A stretch of 64,000 nt of DNA from Marsupella aquatica (taxonomy: Eukaryota > Plantae > Marchantiophyta): positions 9,487,839 through 9,551,838 of the forward strand of contig OZ316893.1 of the NCBI GenBank assembly GCA_973895155.1, given 5' to 3'. A model generated the notes under the pieces. That model was not told the DNA's origin. It saw only the letters and a program-made list of their open reading frames with translations, and did not search any database. The translations under genes were made by a program, and so were the position numbers. Numbering within the stretch: the stretch's first letter is position 1; every line of letters starts with the position of its first letter. Of the stretch, positions 63,878 to 64,000 are shown one piece after another.

Positions 63878-64000
63878 GTGAGTGCCTCCCTTTCCTCCCT
63901 TCACTCCTTCCTTCTCCAATTCTTGTTTCAAGACATTTGCAATGGCACCCGATTGTTTCCCTTTTGCTAGTAAGTAGTTACTGTTGAACCTTACAAGTCG

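Larger units (their letters stand above)
54846..64000. mobile_element. CACTA (En/Spm) DNA transposon, runs off the window end
   Basis: Terminus CACTACTACA at 54846, subterminal TCGCAA/TTGCGA repeats, Tnp2-family transposase on -, TnpA/Ptta-like ORF on +. Confidence 0.9.

Overview
Eukaryotic nuclear DNA from a plant. The intron style and TE repertoire suggest a non-seed land plant such as a liverwort or other bryophyte (inference). Five host genes are present: a 3-hydroxyisobutyryl-CoA hydrolase-like gene, mitochondrial ribosomal protein S9, eIF4E, an F-box gene and methionyl-tRNA formyltransferase. They sit among decayed transposons. (1) From 1 to ~10.6 kb, a Mutator-like DNA transposon has a GCM/WRKY-like + DDE + SWIM transposase, a divergent gene encoding a ParB/Srx-like domain fused to a beta-class N4C/N6A DNA-methyltransferase-like domain, and about 9 full plus several half copies of an 18-bp palindrome (GCTAGCGA-NN-TCGCTAGC) in non-coding parts. 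(2) From 16428 to 32781, a full-length Copia element (341-bp LTRs, AAAGC TSD) contains a nested 9.5-kb Gypsy-type element. The Gypsy element has a DNMT3-like cytosine methyltransferase inside pol, a C-terminal PHD finger, no LTR pair visible by eye, and itself carries a MITE. (3) A Helitron remnant holds a second MITE copy. (4) From 54846 to the window end, a CACTA element carries a SET-domain exon between the transposase-associated exon and the transposase core, with in-frame alternative splice acceptors. Three unrelated TE superfamilies here each carry a different DNA or chromatin methyltransferase-like module. All domain calls are by eye from motifs; no database search was run.
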